Assembly (NCBI GenBank): GCA_036676985.1
Contig: JAKFBU010000061.1
Coordinates: forward strand, 1 to 64,000
Source: Candidatus Sericytochromatia bacterium
GTDB taxonomy: Bacteria; Cyanobacteriota; Sericytochromatia; S15B-MN24; UBA4093
Length of the DNA: 64,000 nucleotides
Reading direction: 5' to 3'
The translations under genes were made by a program, and so were the position numbers. The notes under the pieces were generated by a model. The model searched no databases. It had not been told where the DNA came from and saw only the letters and a list, made by a program, of their open reading frames with translations. Of the stretch, positions 42,881 through 52,206 are shown in pieces (position 1 is the first letter of the stretch; the number at the start of each line of letters is the position of its first letter).

Positions 42881-43458
42881 TCGGTGTCCAGGTGAGTGGC
42901 CACCCGCCGGTTGATCCAGCGGTGGGCCGCCGAGTGGTGGCGGTTCTTGGCCTCGACCACCGCGTCCACCAGGCTCACCTGCTGGCTGCGCATCATGTGG
43001 AGCTTGCGCTCGCGCCGGGCCACGGTCGAGTTGTGCTCCGCCGGCGTCGGCAGGTCGTAGAGCTTGCCCTTGGAGGCGCGCGACTTGAGGATGATGTAGA
43101 CGAAGCGCGTGATCTCGCTGGTCAGCGTGTCGCCCGTCGGGATGATGCGCACCGCGATCTCGTTGGCGGAGTAGTTGTAGAGGCGCATGACCGGCGCCCG
43201 GATCACGGTGTCCGCCAGCGACCACTGCACGTAGAAGGGCTCCTCCAGGTACTCGCGGGAGACCTTGGGGATCTTGAGGCGCATGCCACCCGCCGAGAGG
43301 TCGACGATGAGGCCCTTGAACGAAAAGGGCAGCCCCGGAAAGTCGATCTCGCACATCTGGTTGACGGGCGCACGGGCGTTGACGCGCCGCTCGCGGCCGT
43401 TGGGGGGCTTGGGGAGCGCGCCCGCGGGCAGCTCCGGCGGAAAGTTGGGATCGAACAT
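42877..43458 (-). CDS. PilZ domain protein
   Basis: RRxxxR and DLSAGG motifs. Confidence 0.8.
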   Translation of the reverse strand: MFDPNFPPELPAGALPKPPNGRERRVNARAPVNQMCEIDFPGLPFSFKGLIVDLSAGGMRLKIPKVSREYLEEPFYVQWSLADTVIRAPVMRLYNYSANEIAVRIIPTGDTLTSEITRFVYIILKSRASKGKLYDLPTPAEHNSTVARRERKLHMMRSQQVSLVDAVVEAKNRHHSAAHRWINRRVATHLDTD

Positions 43459-43568
43459 GGCCACCTCCATGAGCATGATCGGCGGATCGGGCCCGATCCT
43501 TTACGAGATCGATCACAGCCGGGGGCGAACGCGCGCTCTACGATGGTTCTCGAGAGAGAGGAGCGAGC

Positions 43569-44459
43569 ATGCGATCCCTCGACGCCTACCGAGATGACTT
43601 TATCATGCACCTGCAGGTGGAGCGGAACCTTTCCGCCCACTCGCTCAAAGCCTATCGGCAAGATCTCGATCAGTTCCATCGCTTTCTGGGCGACGTGCCC
43701 CTGCCCGCGGTCGACTACCTCACCATCCGGCGCTACCTCGGGGAGCTATCCTCCAAGGGCTACGAGCGCACCTCCATGGCCCGCAAGCTCGCGACTCTCA
43801 GGACCTACTTCCGCTTCCTGGCCAAGGAGCGCCACGTGGAGGCCAACCCCCTCTCCCTGGTCTCGAGCCCCAAGTCCATTCGCCGCCTGCCCAAGTTCCT
43901 GGACTGGACCGAGCTCAAGAGCCTGCTCGGGGCTCCCGACATGGAGACCGCCCTGGGGCTGCGCGATCGCGCGATCCTCGAGCTCCTCTACGCCACCGGC
44001 ATGCGCGTGGGCGAGATCGTCGCCCTCGCGGTCTCGGCCATCGACTGGCAAGAGCGGGAGATCGTGGTCTTCGGCAAGGGCTCCAAGGAGCGCGTGGTCC
44101 TGATGGACGACCACTCGGCGGAGCTCTTGCAGCGCTACCTGCAGGAGGCGCGAGCGCGCCTGGTGGGGCGATCCCCCGACTCGGGCGTGCTCTTCGTCAA
44201 CCGCCAGGGCCAGGGCCTCAACCAGCGCTCGGTGCAGCGCATGATCCAGAAGTACGTGCAGCTCGCCGGCATCGAGAAGCGCATCAGCCCACACACGCTG
44301 CGCCACACCTTCGCCACGCACCTCCTGGAGGGCGGGGCGGACCTGCGCGTGGTCCAGGAGCTCCTCGGGCACGCCAGCCTCTCCACCACCCAGATCTACA
44401 CCCACGTGAGTCAAGAGCGCCTGCGCGAAGTCTACAAGCAGTCACACCCCCGTTCTTGA
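43569..44459 (+). CDS. xerC: Tyrosine recombinase XerC/XerD
   Basis: LRDRAILELLYATGMR, GKGSKER, HTLRHTFATHLLEGGADLR.VQELLGH and TTQIYT motifs. Confidence 0.9.
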   Translation: MRSLDAYRDDFIMHLQVERNLSAHSLKAYRQDLDQFHRFLGDVPLPAVDYLTIRRYLGELSSKGYERTSMARKLATLRTYFRFLAKERHVEANPLSLVSSPKSIRRLPKFLDWTELKSLLGAPDMETALGLRDRAILELLYATGMRVGEIVALAVSAIDWQEREIVVFGKGSKERVVLMDDHSAELLQRYLQEARARLVGRSPDSGVLFVNRQGQGLNQRSVQRMIQKYVQLAGIEKRISPHTLRHTFATHLLEGGADLRVVQELLGHASLSTTQIYTHVSQERLREVYKQSHPRS

Positions 44460-44557
44460 GGGGGAGATGATGCAAAAACGACGCTGTCAGTCCAGTTGCG
44501 TGAGGTCGGGCGCTATGCTATCGTAGGGGCGACCATTACCGCCCGCAGGAGGCAAGG

Positions 44558-45700
44558 TTGCCCAGCAGAGCGAACGCGAAGAGCTCGGAGCCCCAATCCA
44601 ACCCCCCGATGGCCCCCCTGCCCGACGGCGAAGGGTCGACGGTGCGCCAGGCGCTCGCCAAGTGGCTGGAGCGTACCCCGGATCCGATCCCCGAAGCGAT
44701 CGTGGCCGCTGCCGGCACCCTGCTGGCCGATCTGGACGAGGTCGAAGCCCCGCCGGAGCTTTTCCGCCTCGCCGAGGGCTGGGTCGAGGCCACGCAGGAC
44801 GCCGGCCTGACCCTGTTCCAGGCCATGAGCCTCTTTGCCGACGTCGCGGGCCCCGAGCACGCGCGCCACTCGGCCACCGAGTGCGGCCTCTTGGTCGCCC
44901 AGCTCTGGGTGGATGCCCTCGAGCGCCGCATGCAGCGCATGCTCGAGGCCGAGACCGAGGCCCTGCACAAGGCCAACCAGACCCTGCGCGAGACGGACAA
45001 GGGGCGGGCCGACTTCATCTCGGCCTACTCCCACGAGCTGAGGACGCCCTTGACGGCGATCGCCGGAGCCTGCGAGCTCTTGCTCGACGACTTCGCCGAC
45101 GAGCTCTCGGGCCCCCAGCACGAATACATCTCCATGATCAGCCAGAGCGCCTTCCTCATCCGACAGCTCATCGACGACGTGCTCGACTTCGAGAAGCTGG
45201 AGGCCCGCCGCCTGGACCTGCACCTGGAGCCCCTGTGCGTCGAGGAGGTCGTCCACGACGTTGCCATGCTCGTCGGCCCCCTGCTCCAGGAGAAGCGTCT
45301 CATCTGGCAGCAGGACGTCGGCGAGGGCCTGCCCCTGGTCATGGGGGACGCCGTGCGGATGCGCCAGATCCTCCTCAACCTCGTCTCCAACGCCATCAAG
45401 TTCACGCCCGAAGGCGGGACCCTCCGCCTGCATGCCTCCCTCGAGAAGGCGGTGGGCAAGCGCGGGACCATGGTCGCCGTCTCGGTCACCGACTCGGGCA
45501 TCGGGATCGCACCCGAGCACCAGAAGCGCATCTTCGAGCGCTTCCGCCAGGTGGGCGACAAGTCGGGGCAGGGCACGGGGCTCGGCCTGCCCATCGCCAA
45601 GCGCCTGGCCGAGTTGCATGGCGGGCGCATGACGCTCCGGAGCGCCCTGGGGGAGGGCGCCACCTTCACCTTCACCATCCCGACCGTCGCGGATGCTTGA
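44558..45700 (+). CDS. Cytoplasmic sensor histidine kinase
   Basis: SHELRTPL, NLVSNAIKFT, DSGIGI and GTGLGL motifs. Confidence 0.92.
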   Translation: MPSRANAKSSEPQSNPPMAPLPDGEGSTVRQALAKWLERTPDPIPEAIVAAAGTLLADLDEVEAPPELFRLAEGWVEATQDAGLTLFQAMSLFADVAGPEHARHSATECGLLVAQLWVDALERRMQRMLEAETEALHKANQTLRETDKGRADFISAYSHELRTPLTAIAGACELLLDDFADELSGPQHEYISMISQSAFLIRQLIDDVLDFEKLEARRLDLHLEPLCVEEVVHDVAMLVGPLLQEKRLIWQQDVGEGLPLVMGDAVRMRQILLNLVSNAIKFTPEGGTLRLHASLEKAVGKRGTMVAVSVTDSGIGIAPEHQKRIFERFRQVGDKSGQGTGLGLPIAKRLAELHGGRMTLRSALGEGATFTFTIPTVADA

Positions 45701-45784
45701 TCGCCAACCATGCGTTAATCGGGCGGCGACGGGGAACAATGAGGGGGAAGACGGCTCGCTGAAGGGCCTGGCCGTCAAGGTGGA

Positions 45785-47389
45785 ATGGAGCACGCGATGA
45801 CGCCTGCCGATTCATGGCATGTCATGAAACGCTTGGCGGCCTTGCACCTCGAGTCCAGCGGAGTCGAGGAACTGGCCCAAGCCTTGTTGGATGAGCTGCT
45901 GGCTATCTCGGGTGCCTCGGAGGGCCAGATCCTGCTGGCCTCGGATCTCCGCATCCTGGCCGGCCGTCCGGCCGATCGCAGCGATCGCTTCTCGCTCGGC
46001 ATCGCCCTGGATGCGGTCGCCGACGCCGAGGTCCATTGGGAAGAGGCGGTCGACTCCTGCGTGGGCTGCTTCCCGCTCGTCCTGCGCGACGGCGTGTACG
46101 CCCTGGTGCTCCTGGGCTTTTCGACCCCCCGACCGGCCGGGTGCGACGCGGAGCTTGCGCCCCTCCTGCCCTTCGTGACCCTCGCCCTTTCCCAGCGCGA
46201 GCTCGAGGTCGCCGTCGTGGAGCGCGATGCCCAGCTCGCGGACCTCGGCGCGCGCTACGACGACGCCATGCAGCGGGCCGTCACCGACGGCCTGACGGGG
46301 CTCATCAACCACACCCACTTCAAGGAGCTGTTGGGCCTCGAGGTCGGCCGCAGCAAGCGCTACGGCAACCAGCTGACCATGCTGGTGCTCGACATCGACT
46401 ACTTCAAGAAGATCAACGACACCTACGGCCACCTCATGGGCGACGTGGTGATCCGCCGCATCGCCCAGGCCCTCAAGGGCCAGGTCCGGGACTGCGACAT
46501 CGTCGCGCGCTACGGCGGCGAGGAGTTCGCGGTCCTCTTGCCCCAGACCGACCTCAAGGGCGCCTACATCGTGGCCGAACGCATCCGGCAGCGGGTGCGG
46601 GACATGGTCTTCCAGACCGAGGACCGGGACCCCATCCCGGCGGTCACCATCTCCATCGGCGTCAGCCAGATGCGCAAGCCCGACACCGTCACCACCTTCA
46701 TCGAGCGGGCCGATCAGGCCCTCTACCGCGCCAAGCACGGCGGCCGCAACACCGTCTGCTGCGAGGACGAGACGCCCGTCCTCACGGAGATCCAGGAGCG
46801 GGCCCAGACCCAGCGCGTGGCCTTTTTGACGGCGGTGGCGGAGATGGCCACCGAGGTGGCCCTCAAGGACGCCTACCGCTCGGATTATGCCGACCAGCTG
46901 ACGGCCCTCGCCCAGACCTTCGGGGCGGCCGTGGGCCTCTCGCCCCACCAGCAGCACGACCTCATCATGGCGGCCGGCCTGCACCACATCGGCAAGATCG
47001 CCCTGCCCGTCGAGATCCTCGCCAAGAGCGAAGCCCTCGACGAGCAGGAGTGGGCCCTGGTCAAGGCCCATCCCCAGCTCTCCCAGCAGCTGATCGGCCA
47101 GATCGCAGGCATGGGCTCGGTCTCCGAGGCCATCCTGTATCACCACGAGCGCTGGGACGGCAAGGGCTATCCCTATGGCCTCAAGGGCGAGCAGATCCCC
47201 CTGGTCTCGCGGGTGCTGGCGGTCATCGATTGCTACATCGCCATGGTCAACGATCGCCCCTACCGCAAGGCCCTGAGCATCGAGGCCGCACGGTCGGCCA
47301 TCCAGGACGGGCGCGGCACCCAGTTCGATCCGGCGATCGTCGATGCCTTCCTCGGCGTCCTGGAGGAAGCCGAGCCGATCGGCACCTAG
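45785..47389 (+). CDS. GAF-like/GGDEF diguanylate cyclase with degenerate HD-GYP domain
   Basis: DGLTGL, DIDYFK.IND.YGH, RDCD I-site and GGEEF. HHERWDGKGYP is present but LHHIGK replaces LHDIGK. Confidence 0.9.
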   Translation: MEHAMTPADSWHVMKRLAALHLESSGVEELAQALLDELLAISGASEGQILLASDLRILAGRPADRSDRFSLGIALDAVADAEVHWEEAVDSCVGCFPLVLRDGVYALVLLGFSTPRPAGCDAELAPLLPFVTLALSQRELEVAVVERDAQLADLGARYDDAMQRAVTDGLTGLINHTHFKELLGLEVGRSKRYGNQLTMLVLDIDYFKKINDTYGHLMGDVVIRRIAQALKGQVRDCDIVARYGGEEFAVLLPQTDLKGAYIVAERIRQRVRDMVFQTEDRDPIPAVTISIGVSQMRKPDTVTTFIERADQALYRAKHGGRNTVCCEDETPVLTEIQERAQTQRVAFLTAVAEMATEVALKDAYRSDYADQLTALAQTFGAAVGLSPHQQHDLIMAAGLHHIGKIALPVEILAKSEALDEQEWALVKAHPQLSQQLIGQIAGMGSVSEAILYHHERWDGKGYPYGLKGEQIPLVSRVLAVIDCYIAMVNDRPYRKALSIEAARSAIQDGRGTQFDPAIVDAFLGVLEEAEPIGT

Positions 47390-47513
47390 CGGCCCCCCCG
47401 GGGCGGTTTTGCAGAACCCCTCAAGAACTTCGTGGGCTTGTTGTTTTGGAAGTCCCTTCGGTTCTCTATCATGCGGTCATCCCTCGATTGCCTGATAGAG
47501 CCGGAGCCTCCCC

Positions 47514-48842
47514 ATGCAGATCTTCATGTTGGGACTCGACCACCGCAAGGCCCCCGTCGACGTGCGCGGCCGGGCCGCCTTCCTTCTGGATGACCGGGCG
47601 GCGGACTTCGCCAGTCTGCTGCGGCGGCCGGGCCTGCTGGAGGCGGTCATCCTCTCGACGTGCAACCGCACGGAGCTCTACGTGGTCGGCGCCGACCCCG
47701 ACAGCGGGCCCTCGGCCCTCACGCAGGCGCTCGTCGAGCGCAAGGGCCTCGCGAGCGACGAGATCGATCGGTACTTCACATGCATGTTCCAGGAGGAGGC
47801 GGCCGGACACCTGTTCCGGGTCGCCGCCGGCCTCGAGTCCCTGATCCTCGGCGAGGGTCAGATCCTCTCCCAGGTCAAGGAGGCCCTCGCCTCCGCCCAG
47901 GCCCATCAGGCCTGCGGGGCCATCCTCGATGCCTTGTTCCGCCGGGCCCTGTCGGCCGGCAAGCGCGCGCGTACCGAGACGGGGATCGCCAAAGGGGCGG
48001 TCTCGGTGGCAGGGGCTGCCGTGGAGCTCGCCCGCGACGCCCTGGGCTCGTTCCAGGGGCGCTCGGTCCTCGTGCTCGGGACGGGCAAGATCGGCGAGGT
48101 GGCCGCCCGGCACCTCTCGGCGGCCGGGCTCTCCGCCCTCTACCTCGCCAACCGGACCCGCGAGAGCGCCCTGGAGCTGGCCGGGCGCGTGAAGGGCGAG
48201 GCGATCGCCTTCCATGACCTCGGCAGCGTGCTGGATCGGGTGGACGTCCTCTTGTGCTGCACCGGCGCTCCCCATCACGTCCTCGAGGCCTCGGACCTCA
48301 TACCGGTGATCGAGCGGAGGAGGGGAAAGCCCTTGCTCCTCATCGACGTCTCGGTGCCCCGCAACCTGGATCCCCGGATCGCCCGCCTCGAAGGCTGCCG
48401 CTTGTGCGACCTGGACGACCTGCACGAGGTCGCCGAGCGCAACCGGGGAGAGCGGGCGTCGCTCCTGCCCGCCGTCGAGGGGATCCTCGCCGCGGAGCTC
48501 GCGGCGTTCCTCGCATGGCGTCAGAGCTACCAGGTGGCGCCCACCATCACCTCCTTGCGCTGCAAGCTCGCCGAGCTTCGCGAGCAGGAGCTCGAGCGGT
48601 TCTGGGCGCGCCACGGGGGCCGCTTCTCGGTCGAGCAGCGCCCGCTGGTCGGCGAGCTGATCGAGGGCCTCTTCGACAAGCTGCTGCATGCCCCGTTCGC
48701 CCACCTCAAGGGGATGAGCGGCCAAGAGCAGCAGCACGTCGCCCGCGCCCTGGAGACGCTCTTCGAGCTCAGCGTCGAGGACCTCGCGGCCCGTCACCAA
48801 CGCCGGCTCGCGGAGCGGCGCAACGCCACCCCCGGATGCTGA
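47514..48842 (+). CDS. hemA: Glutamyl-tRNA reductase
   Basis: LSTCNRTE, GLESLILGE.QIL.QVK and DVSVPRN motifs. Confidence 0.95.
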   Translation: MQIFMLGLDHRKAPVDVRGRAAFLLDDRAADFASLLRRPGLLEAVILSTCNRTELYVVGADPDSGPSALTQALVERKGLASDEIDRYFTCMFQEEAAGHLFRVAAGLESLILGEGQILSQVKEALASAQAHQACGAILDALFRRALSAGKRARTETGIAKGAVSVAGAAVELARDALGSFQGRSVLVLGTGKIGEVAARHLSAAGLSALYLANRTRESALELAGRVKGEAIAFHDLGSVLDRVDVLLCCTGAPHHVLEASDLIPVIERRRGKPLLLIDVSVPRNLDPRIARLEGCRLCDLDDLHEVAERNRGERASLLPAVEGILAAELAAFLAWRQSYQVAPTITSLRCKLAELREQELERFWARHGGRFSVEQRPLVGELIEGLFDKLLHAPFAHLKGMSGQEQQHVARALETLFELSVEDLAARHQRRLAERRNATPGC

Positions 48843-49130
48843 GCGCCCGCGCCGATCGGCGCGGGCGCTCTTACGTTTGGCCAACAAACCTTGTTCACGG
48901 GCGGCCGGAACCCTCGGCTGCCCGCTCTTGCGTTCGCCTGCTCGAACCGCGCCCGGGAGCCCGCCTTGAGGGTCAAAGCGACGATCGCGCTCCGCTGTTT
49001 TGGCCATTCAAATAACCGGGCGTTTTTATATCATGCCGGGGTGTGCTCGACCGCTTGCAGAAGGTGAGCTGCGGCGGCGAAGGTTAGAGAGGTGGCTGCC
49101 GCCCAGCGGCGACCAGAGAGGTGTGTGCGC

Positions 49131-50546
49131 ATGCGAACCCCCAGAACGCGCCATGTGGTAGGAGCCTTGCTCCTATCCAGCATGGCCCTGTCCCTCATCG
49201 GATGTCAGCTGAAACCAGGAACGACGGTCGATCCGACCGGCCGGGTGGGTGCGGCCAAGGCCGACAAGAATCCCGCCGTCACGGCCCTCGACTACAAGAA
49301 GACGCTCGTCATCACGGACTTGAGCGTCGTCGACGACCCGGCCCGGACCACGGGCATGGGCCCCTGGACCTTCGGGTCGCTCATGACCAAGATGGCCGGC
49401 AAGCAGGACCCCGAGCAGTTCGTCCGCCACTGGATCGACCGCTGGATGGTCGACGAGGTGGTCAACGGCGAGACGATCCCCAAGCGTCAGTCCATCAAGG
49501 CCCTGATCCTCGATCCGTGGCCCCGGATCCCCGGCACGGACAAGCTCGATCTCAGCAAGAGCCCGTTTAGGCTGCTCGCCATCACCAACCGCCTGGATCT
49601 CCGCAAGGTGGGCAACGCCGGCGAGGGCCGCTTCGTGTTCTGCGTGCTCGACAGCACCGGGAAAAAGACGCTCTTCAACGTGATCTTCGAGTACGGCATC
49701 CCCCTGCACGTAGCGCTCGGCGAGAAGTTCAAGAAGGACGGCGACAAGTACACGCCCCACGAGCGCATGTCGGCCGTCTCCGAGTGGGCCAAGAAGTGGC
49801 AGAAGCTCTCCAACATTCCCTACGGCCCCGGTTTCAACGCCGAGCTCCAGAAGATCACGGATGCCTTCTCGGGCGCCAATGCAGACCCCCGCAAGCCCAA
49901 CGGCAGCTCCCTCAACCAGCTGCGCACCAACGAGATCGAGCTGGGCATCCGGGGCGCCTTCGGCCCGGGCGGCTTCGACCCCACCAAGCTCCTGCCCTGG
50001 GAGCTGCGTGAGTTCCACATCGGCACCAACGGCATGCTCAACTCGGCAACCGTGGCCCTCACCCCGCCCGCCAGCAAGAACAACACCCAGGAGCTTGCGG
50101 ACTACATCAACCAGAACGAGGCGGCGATTCTGGCTGAGGAGCACGTGCTCCCCGCGAGCCTGCAGGGCGGCGTGGCCCCCGTGCCGGGTGCTTTCGGCGA
50201 GCCGTCGATCGTCTGGAACGGCCCCGGCATCCGCAACCCCGAGGCCCGCTTCAAGTTCTCGCTCAACACCTGCAACGGCTGCCACTTCGCGGAGGGCGGC
50301 CTCAACCAGAACCTGACGCCGGGCATCGCCTTCCTGCAGATCCGGCCGCGCGACGCCGGGCAGGAGGCCGTCCTCTCGACGTTCATGACGGGCAACTCGC
50401 TGCCCGACCCGATCAACACCAACATCGTGCGCCAGGTCAACGACGTCCAGCGCCGCATGGACGACTACCACACGGTGCTCACCTGGAAGAAGGACAGCGT
50501 GCCCTCGCGGAAGATGGAAGCTCCCTACCCGGCCCGCGTCCACTAG
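49131..50546 (+). CDS. Lipoprotein with a single CxxCH (putative c-type cytochrome)
   Basis: Lipobox LIGC, PFRLLAI.NR.DL, GEGRFVF, QLRTNE, WELREF and TCNGCH. Confidence 0.75.
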   Translation: MRTPRTRHVVGALLLSSMALSLIGCQLKPGTTVDPTGRVGAAKADKNPAVTALDYKKTLVITDLSVVDDPARTTGMGPWTFGSLMTKMAGKQDPEQFVRHWIDRWMVDEVVNGETIPKRQSIKALILDPWPRIPGTDKLDLSKSPFRLLAITNRLDLRKVGNAGEGRFVFCVLDSTGKKTLFNVIFEYGIPLHVALGEKFKKDGDKYTPHERMSAVSEWAKKWQKLSNIPYGPGFNAELQKITDAFSGANADPRKPNGSSLNQLRTNEIELGIRGAFGPGGFDPTKLLPWELREFHIGTNGMLNSATVALTPPASKNNTQELADYINQNEAAILAEEHVLPASLQGGVAPVPGAFGEPSIVWNGPGIRNPEARFKFSLNTCNGCHFAEGGLNQNLTPGIAFLQIRPRDAGQEAVLSTFMTGNSLPDPINTNIVRQVNDVQRRMDDYHTVLTWKKDSVPSRKMEAPYPARVH

Positions 50547-50562
50547 CCCTGACACGACTGAT

Positions 50563-50590
50563 GACCCCCGTCTCGTTCGAGACGGGGGTC
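50563..50590 (+). terminator. Hairpin terminator
   Basis: GACCCCCGTCTCG/CGAGACGGGGGTC. Confidence 0.7.
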
Positions 50591-50630
50591 TTGTGCTGCC
50601 CTCATGTCGCTGACATCCGGACGGCCTGCT

Positions 50631-50741
50631 CTGGACCCCCGCGTTCGCGAGGGTGACGGGAGCGCCGACCTGGCGCTGAAGGGGGCATGGACTCATGCCT
50701 GAATCGGCGCTCCCGTCATTCCCGCGGAAGCGGGAATCCAG
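50631..50741. repeat. REP doublet, copy 3
   Basis: Homologous to copies 1 and 2. Confidence 0.85.
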
Positions 50742-50769
50742 CGTCGGCTCTCCCGGTGGTGGGGCCCCC

Positions 50770-52125
50770 CTAGCGCGCAGGCGTCCGCAGGAAGCGGGCG
50801 GGGACGTCGAGGTAGTCCTCCCGGTTGCGCTGCAGGACGTTGCCCGAGAGGAAGAGCTTGGTCTTGCGATCGCTGTGCCAGCGGATGGCCGCCTCTTGCC
50901 CCTCGGGATCGCGGTGGGCGTTGTTCGTGAGCGTGTTGCCGGTGATGGTCGCGTCGTCCGAGTCGAAGAGGTAGATGCCGCTCCGGCCGTAGCCCTCGAT
51001 GAGGTTGCCCTCGATCCGCCAGCCGTCGCAGTTCTGATTGAGCATCAGCGCCCGGCCCGTGCCCTTCTTGAAGGTGTTGCCAATGAGCGCGATCCCCCTG
51101 GTCGCCTGCTTGGCCCCGTAGCCCTGGAGCCCCGTCTCGCCGCCCTCGATCACGTTGCCCTGGAAGAGGCAGTCGTTGGACTTGTCGATGGAGACGCCCA
51201 TCTGGGCGGCCGTCACGTGGTTGGCGAGCACCTGCACGTCCGTGCCGTAGACCACCTCGAGCCCGTAGCGGGGCGGGGTGCCGTTGCGGGCGCCGTCGAC
51301 GACGTTGTGCCGGATGACGCCCGCCGAGCCGTCGAAGGAGATGCGGGCCGTGAGCTGGTTGTACTCGACGGTCCCCGAGCAGTTGCTCCAGAGCTCGATG
51401 CCGAGGGCCTCGCCCCGGATCTTGCGGATGTCGTTGCGGGTGACGTGGAGGTCCTGGCAATCGTTGTGGGCGTTGATGCCCGCTCGGCTGGCGTTCTCGA
51501 TGCGGTTGTCGGTGATGAGGGCCTCGGATGAGCCCCAGCCGAGCGTGATGGCCGTGCCCCACTTGTCGCCCGGGTTGCCGATGTCGTGGAGGTAGTTGCC
51601 GATGATCGCGGCCTGGTCCACGTTCTTCTGGAGCTCGATGCCGTTGGCGTCTTTGCCCGTGTTCTTGATCTCGCACTGGTAGATGCCCACGCGCTCGGAG
51701 TCGGCGGCCAGGATGACCTGCGAGAGCTTGTCGCGCTTGAGGGCATCCAGGACGAGCCGGGTCAAGGAGACGTCGTGGCAGCCCGTGACGGCGAACATGG
51801 AGCCCTCTCCCACGCCCTTGAGGACCGTCTGGCCCTCGGCGCCCATCAGGTGGACGTTGCTCTTGAGCTGGATCGGGCGCTCGAGCCGGAAGACGCCCTC
51901 GGGCAGCACGAGGATGCCGCCCTCCTCAGGCAGCTCGTCGATGGCCGACTGGAGGGCCTCGCCGGGGGCCACATCGGGCAGCGAAAGCTGGATCATCGGC
52001 AAGTCGGACGGCAGCCGGGGGATCGGCAGCTGCCCGGGAAAGCCCAGGGGCGAGAACGGGCTGCAGCCCAGGGACAGGACCAGGCACCCGAGCAGGCTGG
52101 CTGTGAGGCGGCGACGTGGCGACAT
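50770..52125 (-). CDS. Right-handed parallel beta-helix (pectin lyase-like) lipoprotein
   Basis: Lipobox SLGC, LQ.AID...GG.L.LP.G.F and repeated I..N.I motifs. Confidence 0.85.
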   Translation of the reverse strand: MSPRRRLTASLLGCLVLSLGCSPFSPLGFPGQLPIPRLPSDLPMIQLSLPDVAPGEALQSAIDELPEEGGILVLPEGVFRLERPIQLKSNVHLMGAEGQTVLKGVGEGSMFAVTGCHDVSLTRLVLDALKRDKLSQVILAADSERVGIYQCEIKNTGKDANGIELQKNVDQAAIIGNYLHDIGNPGDKWGTAITLGWGSSEALITDNRIENASRAGINAHNDCQDLHVTRNDIRKIRGEALGIELWSNCSGTVEYNQLTARISFDGSAGVIRHNVVDGARNGTPPRYGLEVVYGTDVQVLANHVTAAQMGVSIDKSNDCLFQGNVIEGGETGLQGYGAKQATRGIALIGNTFKKGTGRALMLNQNCDGWRIEGNLIEGYGRSGIYLFDSDDATITGNTLTNNAHRDPEGQEAAIRWHSDRKTKLFLSGNVLQRNREDYLDVPARFLRTPAR

Positions 52126-52206
52126 GGAGCTCTCCGTTCGGGAAGGGACCTCCGCATGTCATCACGATCGGCGCTCGCTTGGTAGGTTGCCCGCGGCCAA
52201 GCTTTT

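Noticed and set aside
43569-44459. XerC as the integrase of a mobile element or of the cassette array
   Set aside because: It is a canonical housekeeping Xer sequence in host context, and the cassette junctions do not resemble dif.
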